Positions 25,514 through 35,113 of a DNA stretch of 64,000 nt are shown one piece after another. Location: positions 1 to 64,000 of IMG/VR virus record IMGVR_UViG_3300050011_000393. The stretch is one strand, 5' to 3'. The stretch is from a virus. The notes below the pieces were generated by a model. The model worked only from the letters and a program-made list of their open reading frames with translations, made no database searches and was not told the DNA's origin. Position 1 is the stretch's first letter. Each line of letters begins with the position of its first letter. The position numbers and the translations under genes were made by a program.

Positions 25514-27766
25514 ATGCCAAAAGATAAATTTTCTGATGAAGATTTATCGCGGTGGAAGCGTGAAATAAATCCTGCTCCCATTATCAGCTCGCGTGTAAAG
25601 CTGAGCCGCGATAACTCGGAATGGCTGGGCCTATGCCCATTTCATCCCGAAAAAACTCCGTCGTTCAAAGTGTGGAAACTCGACGACGGCGTATGGGGAT
25701 TCAAGTGCTTTGGGTGTCCGACGGGGGACCCCAAGAAGCCGTCCTCGGGGAACGTATTTCAATTCGTGCAGAGGTTCGACAAGATCCCATTCTCCGCAGC
25801 CGTGGAGAAGGTACTATTCGAAGCGGGCGTTGCTGGCTGGGCGGACGGGACCCCCCAGTCCGATCCATCCATGCCCGAAAAAGTGCATCGAGAGATGGTC
25901 ACGTTTCCGATTGCACAATATACTCCCACTGAAAAAGCCCTCGCTGAATCTGCGGCCGGAAAAGCGTGGCTCGCGGCGCGCGGCATCAGCATGGAGACCG
26001 CGCGGGCGTTCCATATCGGGTTCGTTCAAGACGCTACGGTCACGTGCGGCACAAGCAACCCTTGGGCGAAACTGGGATGGGTCTTGTTTCCAACCCTGTC
26101 TGCAGACGGTCACTCTGTAATTTCTGTAAAGTACCGCAGCATTGCAGGAAAGAAAAAGAAAATAGACGGCAAAAACATCGGCGGAATCTACCGCGCGCAA
26201 GACACAGTCACCGTGCTGTTTAATCTGCAGGAAATCAAAGCCGCCGACGATATCTGGGTAGTCGAAGGTGAACCCGACACCCTAGTGCTGGCGCAGGCGG
26301 GCTGCCTGGCCGTCGGATATCCTATGGCGGGATACCAGCCCACCGAGGAAGAATGCGATGCACTGTCTACCGCCAAGCGTCGATTCCTTGCGGGAGATAG
26401 CGATGCCCCGGGCGTCAAGGCGATGGCCCAACTGAAAGACAGGGTGCGCGGCGCGACGTTCCTCATCAAGTGGCCGAACAATCGCAAAGACGCGAACGAC
26501 GTACTGACCAACGAATGCGGCAACGACACGGGCAAGTTTAAGGTCCTGCTCGAAGAACTGAAAGAGCGCGCGACCCAGACAGAAAGTATTTCCATTGTCC
26601 GCCGAGCCTGCGATATCGTTCCTAAACAGATTCGGTGGCTGTGGCAGGAAAAAATCCCTTACGGTAAGATCACACTGTTCGCGGGGAATCCAGACAACGG
26701 AAAATCGCTGGCGAGCACGAAAGTCGCAGCAGCCACAAGCACGGGGGACCCTTTCGGGGAAGAGAACTTCGTCCGCAAACCTGCCGACGTCTTGATGCTT
26801 ATCGGGGAAGACGACGCGGAGGACACTGCAGTGCCGCGTCTCATGGCGGCGCAAGCGGATTTGAGTCGCATTCATTTTCTGGAATCAGTGCGCCCTATTG
26901 CATCTGAAGACCGCGAAGTCCGCTTGGATATGGATATCGCCGCGATTGAGCGCAAGCTGGAAGAGATCCCTGATGCGCGTCTGTTGATTATCGACCCTAT
27001 CAGCAATTACCTAGGCGATGTCAGCATGGTGGCGGAACAAGAGGTGCGCTCGATTCTAATTCCTTTGAAGCGCCTGGCTGAAAAATTCAACATCGCCATC
27101 GTGATCGTCATGCACTTAAACAAGAAAAATGATATGGATGCGATCTCCCGTGTTGGCGGCGCGATGGCTTTTATCGGCGTGGCTCGATGTTCGTGGCTTT
27201 TCGCGCGCAACGTGCAAGAAGAGAAACCGGAAGGGGAAGACGTTACCGCCCCTGTCGAAAAAAAGCCCGATACCTTCTCCATGCTTCGAATTAAGAACAA
27301 CCTGGTCTCCTCCAGCCGCGCAGGCATGGCCTACAGTGTCTTGGTCAGGCCGATTGAAATCGAGGGGGATAAAATCATGACCCCTTATGTCGTGTTCGGG
27401 AAAACTATCGAAGGGAACGCTGACGATGCGCTAAACCGCAACAGTCGCGGACAGAAGAATGACCCTTCTGCTCCTCCGCGCGCCGTGGGACGCCCGAACG
27501 ATAAGCTGCAGGCCGCAGTACGATGGCTGGAAAACGCGCTACAAGACAACCAGCCGCAACGCACTAAAGTTTTAAGGGAGAATGCCAAGGGGGAGGCGAA
27601 CATCGCATCAGATACCTTGGATCGCGCCTTTACGACCATTGGCGCGAAGTCGTTGAAGATTGCAGGTCATTGGAACTGGAAGTGGACTCCTCTGAGTGAA
27701 CCTGATGAGAACGACGGTGAAACAGCCCAGCAAAGTATGTTGATTCAGGTCGAGGGGGCGGAATGA
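25514..27766 (+). CDS. Primase-helicase (CHC2 zinc finger, TOPRIM, RecA-like AAA helicase)
   Basis: CPFH.EKTPSF...CFGC; VVEGEPD, GDSD..G, KDAND; GNPDNGKS, LLIIDP, VMHLNK. Confidence 0.9.
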   Translation: MPKDKFSDEDLSRWKREINPAPIISSRVKLSRDNSEWLGLCPFHPEKTPSFKVWKLDDGVWGFKCFGCPTGDPKKPSSGNVFQFVQRFDKIPFSAAVEKVLFEAGVAGWADGTPQSDPSMPEKVHREMVTFPIAQYTPTEKALAESAAGKAWLAARGISMETARAFHIGFVQDATVTCGTSNPWAKLGWVLFPTLSADGHSVISVKYRSIAGKKKKIDGKNIGGIYRAQDTVTVLFNLQEIKAADDIWVVEGEPDTLVLAQAGCLAVGYPMAGYQPTEEECDALSTAKRRFLAGDSDAPGVKAMAQLKDRVRGATFLIKWPNNRKDANDVLTNECGNDTGKFKVLLEELKERATQTESISIVRRACDIVPKQIRWLWQEKIPYGKITLFAGNPDNGKSLASTKVAAATSTGDPFGEENFVRKPADVLMLIGEDDAEDTAVPRLMAAQADLSRIHFLESVRPIASEDREVRLDMDIAAIERKLEEIPDARLLIIDPISNYLGDVSMVAEQEVRSILIPLKRLAEKFNIAIVIVMHLNKKNDMDAISRVGGAMAFIGVARCSWLFARNVQEEKPEGEDVTAPVEKKPDTFSMLRIKNNLVSSSRAGMAYSVLVRPIEIEGDKIMTPYVVFGKTIEGNADDALNRNSRGQKNDPSAPPRAVGRPNDKLQAAVRWLENALQDNQPQRTKVLRENAKGEANIASDTLDRAFTTIGAKSLKIAGHWNWKWTPLSEPDENDGETAQQSMLIQVEGAE

Positions 27767-27798
27767 CCACCCCCACGAGTGAGAATTATACACTTGAT

Positions 27799-27997
27799 CC
27801 CGAGATGGCATCACGGGTAAAATTAGTATCTCGGGTAGAAGTAGGGAATATATCCCGAGATGAAGATGCAGAAGGACTTAGAGGGAAAGAGTTAAAAAAA
27901 CTTTCAGGAAGGTCTTTAGAATCAGTGACTGATTTCATCTCGGGTATATTTACCGAGATCTCACACTTGGCTGGAGTCAGGGGATTTTCCCCGAGAT
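27799..27997. repeat. Cluster of CCGAGAT/ATCTCGG repeats (iteron-like, putative origin)
   Basis: Copies at 27799, 27828(rc), 27854, 27937(rc), 27953, 27990 and a variant at 27810. Confidence 0.65.
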
Positions 27998-28021
27998 GAC
28001 TTTGTTGAAGTCCATGGGCCA

Positions 28022-28555
28022 ATGGAACTGGATTTTGAATCCGAAACCGACGGAGGACAGATGAACCTGATGAAAGAGTTGCCCAGAATCGCCGCCCGCG
28101 TACTCAAGAACACCCGAGGCGTCTATCCCGAGCTGAAAGCGCGCCTAGGTCTGGTTTCAGAAGCGTATGGAGCCAACCGCGTAGTTAGAGATTTTGAAGA
28201 ATGGTGCGCCACAGTGCTTGAGACGCCGCGCTACCCTATTTCCGAATATCTGAAGGTGGTCGACTCCCGTCTAGGTTCCGCCCCCGAGGAGCCGAAACTG
28301 GATATCAAGAATCCCGTGGTTGGGGAACTGGTCTCTCTCACTTATGAGATGACCGGGGTCCTTCCATCCGCCCTGTCGGTCGCGGACTTGCTGAACCAAT
28401 ACCCCGCCGAGGAAGTGCGCGCGGCTCTGGTTGAATTCGCCGAGGGGTTGACGGAGCGCGAACTGAAAACTTCGATCAAGATGTTTTTCGCAAACGGGGG
28501 AAGCGGAGCCTCGGCGGTTATTCTTGCCCGCAGACGGAGATCAAATGCCAAATAA
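28022..28555 (+). CDS. Hypothetical protein
   Basis: ORF in operon; GGAGG before an internal ATG. Confidence 0.55.
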   Translation: MELDFESETDGGQMNLMKELPRIAARVLKNTRGVYPELKARLGLVSEAYGANRVVRDFEEWCATVLETPRYPISEYLKVVDSRLGSAPEEPKLDIKNPVVGELVSLTYEMTGVLPSALSVADLLNQYPAEEVRAALVEFAEGLTERELKTSIKMFFANGGSGASAVILARRRRSNAK

Positions 28556-28826
28556 ACTCGAACCTGCATTGGAGTATACGTTCCCGGGAGCCAGAGGAAT
28601 TTGTGGATTCTGTGGTCAAGAAGAAAATGGCTATGCCAAGCGCGATGCCGAGGGAGCATGGCAAGCGGCGTGTTGGGTATGTGTGCGCCCGGCAGTTCGC
28701 GCGAAGCAGGAGAAGCGCGCATTTGTCGGCACGGTCTACACTGAAGTTGATGCAGAAGAATTCGAGAAACCAAAGAAGAAAAATCCCGGTTTGGCCCCGA
28801 GCGGCCACCGCCCGAAGGTGAACTAA
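28545..28826 (+). CDS. Small zinc-finger protein
   Basis: CGFC...CWVC; GGAG SD. Confidence 0.55.
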   Translation: MPNKLEPALEYTFPGARGICGFCGQEENGYAKRDAEGAWQAACWVCVRPAVRAKQEKRAFVGTVYTEVDAEEFEKPKKKNPGLAPSGHRPKVN

Positions 28827-29458
28827 TGGAAGAACCAAAAACAAGTGAGTACATCCTGAATCAAGTGAAGCACCAGGCCATCACCATGGCGGAAACTGAA
28901 GATGAGTGCGAGCGCGGTTATGCGCACCTCGGATGGATGCTGCTGGAAGTCGCCGATATGCAGTACTGGCGGGTCCAGCACGAAACTTTCCGCGACTACC
29001 TGCGCGCCGTCGCCATGGTCTCGAAGAAAACGCCAGAAACTCTCCATCGATATTTTCTTACGGTTCGAGATTTAAGCGACACATTTTCCGCCGCGCAGCT
29101 TGAGTCCATGGGAATCTCGAAAGCGATGAAATTAAGACAAGCTAAGGACTATGCAATCGTCATTCCTTCAGTTATTATTAACGCGGCGCTCGATTCAACA
29201 GTGACGATTAAAGAATTGAAAAAACTGATATCTACAACCCTTCGCATGCCTGAAGATGAGGGAGATTGGTTCGACCTCGGTGCGGAGTTTTATGTGTCTC
29301 CTGAGGAGCGAGCAACCATCGAAGACGCCATGAAAGCTGCTGAACATTGTGATCCAATAACTAAAAAAACCATAAGTATATCTATGCAAAGGAAGGATAT
29401 AGTGTTAAAATGGTGCATGAATTTTTTGGCGGACTATTCTCCCGAAGGTGGGTCGTGA
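28826..29458 (+). CDS. Hypothetical helical DNA-binding-type phage protein
   Basis: LGWMLLEV...YW...TFRDYL motif; coupled TAATG. Confidence 0.55.
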   Translation: MEEPKTSEYILNQVKHQAITMAETEDECERGYAHLGWMLLEVADMQYWRVQHETFRDYLRAVAMVSKKTPETLHRYFLTVRDLSDTFSAAQLESMGISKAMKLRQAKDYAIVIPSVIINAALDSTVTIKELKKLISTTLRMPEDEGDWFDLGAEFYVSPEERATIEDAMKAAEHCDPITKKTISISMQRKDIVLKWCMNFLADYSPEGGS

Positions 29459-29949
29459 TGCAGAAATACTGTCCGAAATGCAAACGAAATCGAGATACAA
29501 AACATTTCTTTGGTTCTCCGGCGCGAGGGGATAACCTTTCTTCTTATTGTAAACCATGCAACACTCAGAAGGGTAGAGAATGGTGCGCAGTGAACAGAAA
29601 ACGCAAAAACGAGAACGAACTGAACTATAGGCTTAAATTTCCACTTCGTCATATGTTGTATCGGGTGAGAACTACCGCTAAGCGGCGAGGATGGAAATGC
29701 AATTTAACGGAAAAAGACATCCAAGATTTATTTGTGGAGTTTTGTCCAATTTTGGGAATTCGATTAAATTACGACGGGCATCAAGGTCGTTCGGGACGTA
29801 ACTCCGCGTCTCTAGATAGAGTAGACAGTACGAAAGGGTACCTACGCGGCAATGTGGCGATTATCTCCGATAGAGCCAACTCTTTGAAAAATGACGGCAC
29901 TGCGGATGAGCATAGACGAGTCGCGGCGTATATGGAGGCACATCAATGA
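29458..29949 (+). CDS. HNH-like homing endonuclease
   Basis: CPKC...CKPC; CPILG...SLDRVDSTKGYLRGNVAIISDRAN. Confidence 0.85.
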   Translation: MQKYCPKCKRNRDTKHFFGSPARGDNLSSYCKPCNTQKGREWCAVNRKRKNENELNYRLKFPLRHMLYRVRTTAKRRGWKCNLTEKDIQDLFVEFCPILGIRLNYDGHQGRSGRNSASLDRVDSTKGYLRGNVAIISDRANSLKNDGTADEHRRVAAYMEAHQ

Positions 29950-30296
29950 ATAACATGGTTTGGGTTGAGTTGAATGACGTGAACGCAACAGTGCGAATTT
30001 TCCGGAACCGCCGCGCAGCACATGCGTTTGGGAAAGAGTGGATTGCCGAGCAGAATCGTTCTGAAGCAGTGGCCGAAATTCGACATCAACTCTGGTGGCG
30101 ATGCAAAGGGGAATGTGAACTCTGTGCATCGCCAGTGACTGAACAGAGCGGCCACATGCATGAACAGGTGCATCGCGGCAAAGGCGGCGAAATATCCCTA
30201 ACGAACTCGGTGTTCATCTGTCCGAAATGCCATGGCCGCGCGCATGCAGATAGAAACCCCAGATTCACGAAGAAAACCCTTGACATTCCTGAGTGA
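29946..30296 (+). CDS. HNH endonuclease
   Basis: CELC...HMHEQVHRGKGG...NSVFICPKCH. Confidence 0.8.
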   Translation: MNNMVWVELNDVNATVRIFRNRRAAHAFGKEWIAEQNRSEAVAEIRHQLWWRCKGECELCASPVTEQSGHMHEQVHRGKGGEISLTNSVFICPKCHGRAHADRNPRFTKKTLDIPE

Positions 30297-30390
30297 TTCA
30301 GGCACATTAGAAATTGTCAAGGGCGTGTCCAGCGGGCTCCTTGAGCAAGAGCCCGCTTAACTCAAAAAAATCCTTGGCTCGGAGAATACA

Positions 30391-30603
30391 ATGGCGCATT
30401 CCGTCGGGCAGCAAGCAGCACGAGCAGTAGCGAATAGTCAAAAAGTTGTGGTGGAGAAGCGTACTCCAGAAGAAATCCTGAAAGGTATCCGCTCAAACCG
30501 AGCAGCGAAACTTTTTGTCACGCCAACCGACGTGGATTTTCTACTGAGTCAATACGACGAAGCGATGGTGCGAATTCGCGAGTTGCATGGAGATGAGGCA
30601 TAA
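30391..30603 (+). CDS. Hypothetical protein
   Basis: GGAG SD after a TTGACA promoter and structured leader. Confidence 0.55.
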   Translation: MAHSVGQQAARAVANSQKVVVEKRTPEEILKGIRSNRAAKLFVTPTDVDFLLSQYDEAMVRIRELHGDEA

Positions 30604-30854
30604 TGGGGGCCAGTTACGATAGCGCGAATCCGACCTGCGATGATTGTCAGTCCCAGGTCGGCTGTTGCACCGAATGCGGCGGATGTTTCAGCGAGCACTG
30701 CGAGTGCGATCCCTGCCAACACGGCAAGGCGCGGTCAGAAGAATGCGGGTTCTGTGTTCGAGGGTTGAAGCCGCTAGTAGAAGTGATGGTGAAACACGAC
30801 GGCATGGAAGATGACCTTGCATGGTTGCTAGGTCCAGACCAGGAGATGGCGTAA
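30603..30854 (+). CDS. Small Cys-rich protein
   Basis: 11 Cys in CxxC clusters; coupled starts and stops. Confidence 0.5.
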   Translation: MGASYDSANPTCDDCQSQVGCCTECGGCFSEHCECDPCQHGKARSEECGFCVRGLKPLVEVMVKHDGMEDDLAWLLGPDQEMA

Positions 30855-31288
30855 TGTCGCAAAAGAAAGGCACGCCCAAAGAGAGGCGACATCGCGCATA
30901 TCAAAAACGGGTGCAGAAAGACCCAGATTTTATTCCAGGTATTATTCGGCACATGAAGATTTGGAAGGCGGCAAATCCAGAGCGGTATATTCTCAATAAG
31001 GCGCGGTGCCGTGCCAAACGATTGCGGAGACCTTTTACGATTACCCTCGCTGATATTCGGATACCTGCAATCTGCCCTGTGTTGGGGATTCCGTTGTTTT
31101 GGGGCGACGAGCAGAAGTCAGACAACTCACCATCCCTTGATTGTTTGCTTCCGCACCTCGGTTATACTCAAGGGAATGTGTTTGTGATTTCGATGCGCGC
31201 AAATAGACTGAAAGGCGACGGCTCCTGGGTTGAACTGGAAAAAATTGCAAATTGGGTTCGAGAAAAGGTGATTCATGCTGCGCGATAA
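30854..31288 (+). CDS. HNH-like homing endonuclease
   Basis: CPVLGIPL...SPSLD...GYTQGNVFVISMRANRLK. Confidence 0.85.
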   Translation: MSQKKGTPKERRHRAYQKRVQKDPDFIPGIIRHMKIWKAANPERYILNKARCRAKRLRRPFTITLADIRIPAICPVLGIPLFWGDEQKSDNSPSLDCLLPHLGYTQGNVFVISMRANRLKGDGSWVELEKIANWVREKVIHAAR

Positions 31289-31628
31289 AACAGGAAATCA
31301 ACTATTTCGGAGGGTCGAAGTCAAAATCATTTTCCCTAACGCGATTTTTCCCGATAAGAGGTTTGTGCAGCGCGCAGGCCCCCGCCAAGGATTTAACGCG
31401 ACGGGAATTGATGAAATTTTGATGAATATCGCAGACCAGCTTGATACTCTATACCCGTGGTGGAATTTTGCCGCCACGGAATTGACGCCAGTCGGGCGCA
31501 CCATTCGTTTCGTTTTTACGTTCGCAGGCAACCGCGCTGTTGCGCCCACTGCGCCCGTCGAAATTCATGAAAAACCAGTTCAAATACTTTCACCATCCGA
31601 CCCCCGCGCACTCGCGGCAGGAGAATAA
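31275..31628 (+). CDS. Hypothetical protein
   Basis: ORF in operon. Confidence 0.5.
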   Translation: MLRDKTGNQLFRRVEVKIIFPNAIFPDKRFVQRAGPRQGFNATGIDEILMNIADQLDTLYPWWNFAATELTPVGRTIRFVFTFAGNRAVAPTAPVEIHEKPVQILSPSDPRALAAGE

Positions 31629-31630
31629 TC

Positions 31631-31840
31631 ATGACCGACTTTTTAGCCATGCCGAAGATTCCGCGCCTCTCCCGTCTCTGCACTATCACTGAAAAAATTG
31701 ACGGGACGAATGCCAGCATCTTCATCAGTGAAGACGGCTCCGAGTTTTTGGTCGGCAGCCGCACGCGCTGGATTACACCACAGGACGACAACTACGGATT
31801 CGCGCGCTGTTTGAGATTTGGGAGAACCCTATGCGCGTAA
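31631..31840 (+). pseudogene. Truncated RNA ligase (nucleotidyltransferase N-terminus only)
   Basis: PKIPRL...TEKIDGTN...GSRTRWITP.DDNYGFA then ends at 69 aa. Confidence 0.7.
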
Positions 31841-31954
31841 CATTCCGCTGGCATGCGCAGATGGTGAGTTACGTCGCGCATTTCAACACCAAGGATGAGG
31901 CCGAACGATTTGTAGAGGCCGTGAAGATCTCTCGGGCAGCGGAGAAGCGTGCAG

Positions 31955-32100
31955 TTAAGTGATTTTGCCGCAGTCGCACAAGCAGGCCCAGAGATAATAT
32001 TTTCCGACTCTGGAGTGACCTACCCAGGATTGAACTAGTAATCTATGGAATCGGCGTCCCGTCAGATTCCATTTCGAAGGTATATTGTGACTGCCCCAGA
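31955..32100 (-). pseudogene. Remnant of an HNH homing endonuclease N-terminus
   Basis: NLTGRRFHRLLV...WACLCDCGK then stop; same module as the N-terminus of ORF 24936. Confidence 0.5.
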
Positions 32101-32275
32101 AAACAGGCAGGCAGGCCGCACGGACATTTTTCGCAGACGGCTTCATAGGGCTCCCAGCACATCGTGATGATGCAAGACCACCGAGCATGACAGGTGGGGC
32201 ACTCATGCTCTTGGCTCCAACCAGGTTCTTCGGGGTTGATTTTTTTGGTCACTCCAAAATAATACCAGAAACCTC

Positions 32276-32305
32276 TTGACAAGGCAACTGGTACTTTCGT
32301 ACTAT
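32276..32305 (+). promoter_or_regulatory. sigma70 promoter with GTAC-N4-GTAC operator
   Basis: TTGACA-N18-TACTAT; GTAC-TTTC-GTAC at 32291-32302. Confidence 0.75.
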
Positions 32306-32323
32306 TGACCTAGGAGAATTTAA

Positions 32324-32800
32324 ATGGCGGACTTTAATCCGGCGGTAGAGACCACCCTGCAGCATGAGGGTGGGTATGTAAACAATCCCAACGATAGCGG
32401 CGGGGAAACAAAATATGGAATCACCGCAAAGGATTTGCCCGGCGTGAATATCTCCGATCTCTCGGTCAGCGTTGCGACGAATTATTATCGCACACATTAC
32501 TGGAAACCGTTTTATGGTGAACTCACTTCCCAGGACGTCGCGAATAAACTTTTTGACATGGGCGTGCTGTTCGGTATCGGCGAAGCGGCCTATTTGTTAC
32601 AGAGGGCGTTGAATTTCGTGTCTTGGCAGTGGACAAAAACTTTCGATGACTCTACTCTCACGGCCGCGAACGAAGCCAACCCCGATACGCTTTTGACGTC
32701 TTATAGAAATCATTTGCGGACGCATGCCTTGAATTTAGCAAACGCAAATCCGAATGATCGAGAGTTTTTGACCGGATGGCTCTCGCGGATCAATTCATAA
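32324..32800 (+). CDS. Endolysin, glycosyl hydrolase family 108
   Basis: HEGGYVNNPNDSGGETKYGIT; LFDMGV; C-terminal FLTGWLSR. Confidence 0.9.
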   Translation: MADFNPAVETTLQHEGGYVNNPNDSGGETKYGITAKDLPGVNISDLSVSVATNYYRTHYWKPFYGELTSQDVANKLFDMGVLFGIGEAAYLLQRALNFVSWQWTKTFDDSTLTAANEANPDTLLTSYRNHLRTHALNLANANPNDREFLTGWLSRINS

Positions 32801-32803
32801 GGA

Positions 32804-32822
32804 GACTAAACCATCCATAAGT
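32804..32822 (+). promoter_or_regulatory. GACT-N8-CATAAGT motif
   Basis: Exact copy. Confidence 0.65.
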
Positions 32823-32928
32823 GTAAAAACAATTTGGGCGAGCGACGGCGCTACAAGGCTCTTCAGAAATTGGGGCCAGTCAAAGAAATACCGTCGCCCT
32901 TTTTTCGCATAGGACAGGTGGTGGGGCC

Positions 32929-33114
32929 ATGGGAGCAACACGAAGACTTCTGACGTATAAATGCGAAAAAGGGCACGTAATGCAAAAAACATATCCTCTC
33001 GGGGTTCGGTTTGACGACGTAGACGAAACAACTTGTTCGGAGTGCTTGGCTGTGAGCGAAGTTAAAAAAGCCTTCCTGATGTTCGCGGAGGCCGTCTCAG
33101 CAGTCCGCAAATAA
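32929..33114 (+). CDS. Small zinc-ribbon protein
   Basis: YKCEKGH...CSEC. Confidence 0.5.
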   Translation: MGATRRLLTYKCEKGHVMQKTYPLGVRFDDVDETTCSECLAVSEVKKAFLMFAEAVSAVRK

Positions 33115-33117
33115 AAA

Positions 33118-33417
33118 ATGACATCTGACTCACATCGGTACTATTGCCAGAGATGCGACCGTTTCCTCTACGGAGCATTGTTGGCGGACCTTATTTCAGC
33201 GGTGAATATCCACGCGAGTTGTTTTCATCCGTCGGATTTTTCGGCCTGGACCGAAAAAGGAATTATCTTGTCCGCTCAATACACTTATTTGGAGGGGGCG
33301 GTGCCGCCTTATTTACTATCGCAGGGAATTGTCGCCCCTCCTGCCGTTATCACTCTTCCGGAAATCACCGAGAACGACAGAAAAATGCTGGCCAAGGGGC
33401 ATGTGAAATGGGACTAA
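33118..33417 (+). CDS. Hypothetical protein (C2H2-like)
   Basis: CQRC...H...H. Confidence 0.45.
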   Translation: MTSDSHRYYCQRCDRFLYGALLADLISAVNIHASCFHPSDFSAWTEKGIILSAQYTYLEGAVPPYLLSQGIVAPPAVITLPEITENDRKMLAKGHVKWD

Positions 33418-33496
33418 AACTCTTTTTGGTTTTTGTTTTTGTGTCGCTTCTTGGCGGGCTCTGCGACCGCTGGTACGCTGTTTGGAGGCATCGCAA

Positions 33497-33682
33497 ATGA
33501 CGGCTACCGAAGAAAAACTTCTTGAACTCGGAAATGCCTTGGCGCGCGCAACAGGCCATCATATTGCCCGAGGATGTCCGAAGATTTCTCCTGCGGTTCC
33601 GTGTACGTGTGGAGCAGGTCTAGAGCAAGCGAAGGCCCTAGACGCCTGGCAAAGATTTCTTGACCAAGTAAAGGAGCAGTGA
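33497..33682 (+). CDS. Hypothetical protein
   Basis: GGAGG SD. Confidence 0.5.
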   Translation: MTATEEKLLELGNALARATGHHIARGCPKISPAVPCTCGAGLEQAKALDAWQRFLDQVKEQ

Positions 33683-34272
33683 TGCCGCTCGACTTATGGA
33701 GCCAGGACTACTATAATCAAAAATCGTGGAAACGTGTGCATGACGCGCGTCCTGATGATTTTTTGCCATATGACGAAGCAAAAGAAAAGTATATTGCAGA
33801 AAGTATTGAACCGACTCTCCAAAAGTATCGCCAGTCTGACCACGCCTGGTTCGCGGATTTTTCCCGCCGCAAAGGCGAAGTAATTCACTCCAGCGATTTA
33901 ATTTATCGTCTTCAGCAACTGAATCCACACATCTTCGTGCAGCAACAGTATAACTTTCCGTCGGACTGGGGGCTGTACACCTCGGCTCTTGGCCGCATTC
34001 AGTTTTTGACCGGGTTGCCTAAGGGGTGGTTGACAGAATTTTCTTACGCGATCACAGATGACCGAGATTTGCCGACAGAAGAGCGGCGGGGTTGGCGGAC
34101 AGTTTTGGTCTACGCTTTGATGAAAGGTGCGATTACCTGGGAGCAGGTGATTGCTGAATTCGGCGAGCCGCAGGACGGGTTTAACGAGCAACGGTGGTGT
34201 GAGGCCACCGCCGCATTTCGCCATGGCGGAGACCAGATATCGCAGCGAAATATCGCGAACGTCCTCGACTAA
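33679..34272 (+). CDS. Hypothetical phage protein
   Basis: AAGGAG SD; RGWRTVL motif. Confidence 0.6.
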   Translation: MMPLDLWSQDYYNQKSWKRVHDARPDDFLPYDEAKEKYIAESIEPTLQKYRQSDHAWFADFSRRKGEVIHSSDLIYRLQQLNPHIFVQQQYNFPSDWGLYTSALGRIQFLTGLPKGWLTEFSYAITDDRDLPTEERRGWRTVLVYALMKGAITWEQVIAEFGEPQDGFNEQRWCEATAAFRHGGDQISQRNIANVLD

Positions 34273-34297
34273 CTTCTTACAACTTATTACAGAAACT

Positions 34298-34316
34298 GAC
34301 TAATCAAACCATAAGT
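34298..34316 (+). promoter_or_regulatory. GACT-N8-CATAAGT motif
   Basis: Exact copy. Confidence 0.65.
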
Positions 34317-34355
34317 GAAGAGCAATCCAGTTGAGCAATTTCAAAGGCTATTTCA

Positions 34356-34526
34356 ATGGGCACGGACAATCAAAACAATCGGTCTACGGCCATCACTCCC
34401 GAAATCGCAGGAAAAATCAACACAGACCTGCTCGCCGCCGTCAAGGAAGCATTCGAGGCAGGCGTAATCGCAGGACAGCAACAAATCTTGACCGCCATAC
34501 AAGAACGCATCGCCCGAGGAGAATAG
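34356..34526 (+). CDS. Small helical protein (56 aa, not in ORF track)
   Basis: MGTDNQNN...IARGE*; stop abuts the next ATG. Confidence 0.5.
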   Translation: MGTDNQNNRSTAITPEIAGKINTDLLAAVKEAFEAGVIAGQQQILTAIQERIARGE

Positions 34527-34527
34527 C

Positions 34528-35055
34528 ATGTCGAACGAACAGAACAAACCGAACCCCGCAGTACCGCCCGAATTGATGACTCCCGCCGCGCAGGCGTATA
34601 TGAACTCGCAGTTGAAGGAAACCGTCGCCGCGATGTTTCGTGAATTTGCCCCTATGCTTCAGAGTATCGCTCTGACGCCCGATAAAATTCAGGCCATGGA
34701 AGAGGCTCGTCGTGCGCCCTCCGAGGAAGTGGTGAAACGCAAAGCCCGCGAGCTCCGAGAAAGAAAGATGCAGCAAGCGGACCTCGAAGAAGCCCGCCAG
34801 CGCCAGCAAGCACTGCAAGATTCTTGCCCGCATAAATATTCTAACGGCCAGTTGTCTCTGGCTGTGATCTCGAACCGTCCAGACCGCCAGCGCCTGCTGA
34901 TTTGTTTGAAAAATCATTGCATGATTGTGCCAGGCATGTGGGTTGTCGGACCCCCGACCGAAGACCATCCGCGCGGCCGGGTTTATTTCGAAAAACCGCA
35001 CCCCGACTATCGCCGTCTGATTCAGGAATACGATACGGTCCATCAAGAAGGATAA
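34528..35055 (+). CDS. Hypothetical coiled-coil protein with Cys/His cluster
   Basis: GAGGAG SD; CPH...CLKNHC. Confidence 0.6.
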   Translation: MSNEQNKPNPAVPPELMTPAAQAYMNSQLKETVAAMFREFAPMLQSIALTPDKIQAMEEARRAPSEEVVKRKARELRERKMQQADLEEARQRQQALQDSCPHKYSNGQLSLAVISNRPDRQRLLICLKNHCMIVPGMWVVGPPTEDHPRGRVYFEKPHPDYRRLIQEYDTVHQEG

Positions 35056-35061
35056 AATCTC

Positions 35062-35095
35062 TTGACATTTAGAGAAGTCAATAGTACTTTAGTAC
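35062..35095 (+). promoter_or_regulatory. sigma70 promoter with GTAC-N4-GTAC operator
   Basis: TTGACA at 35062; GTAC-TTTA-GTAC at 35084-35095. Confidence 0.65.
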
Positions 35096-35113
35096 TGCGG
35101 AGGGTTTAGGTTC

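Noticed and set aside
27763-27999. 78-aa ORF after the primase
   Set aside because: Overlies the repeat cluster and its sequence follows the DNA repeats; coding status unsupported
34331-34576. 81-aa Arg-rich ORF from the track
   Set aside because: The alternative frame 34356..34526 gives a more protein-like product that abuts the next gene
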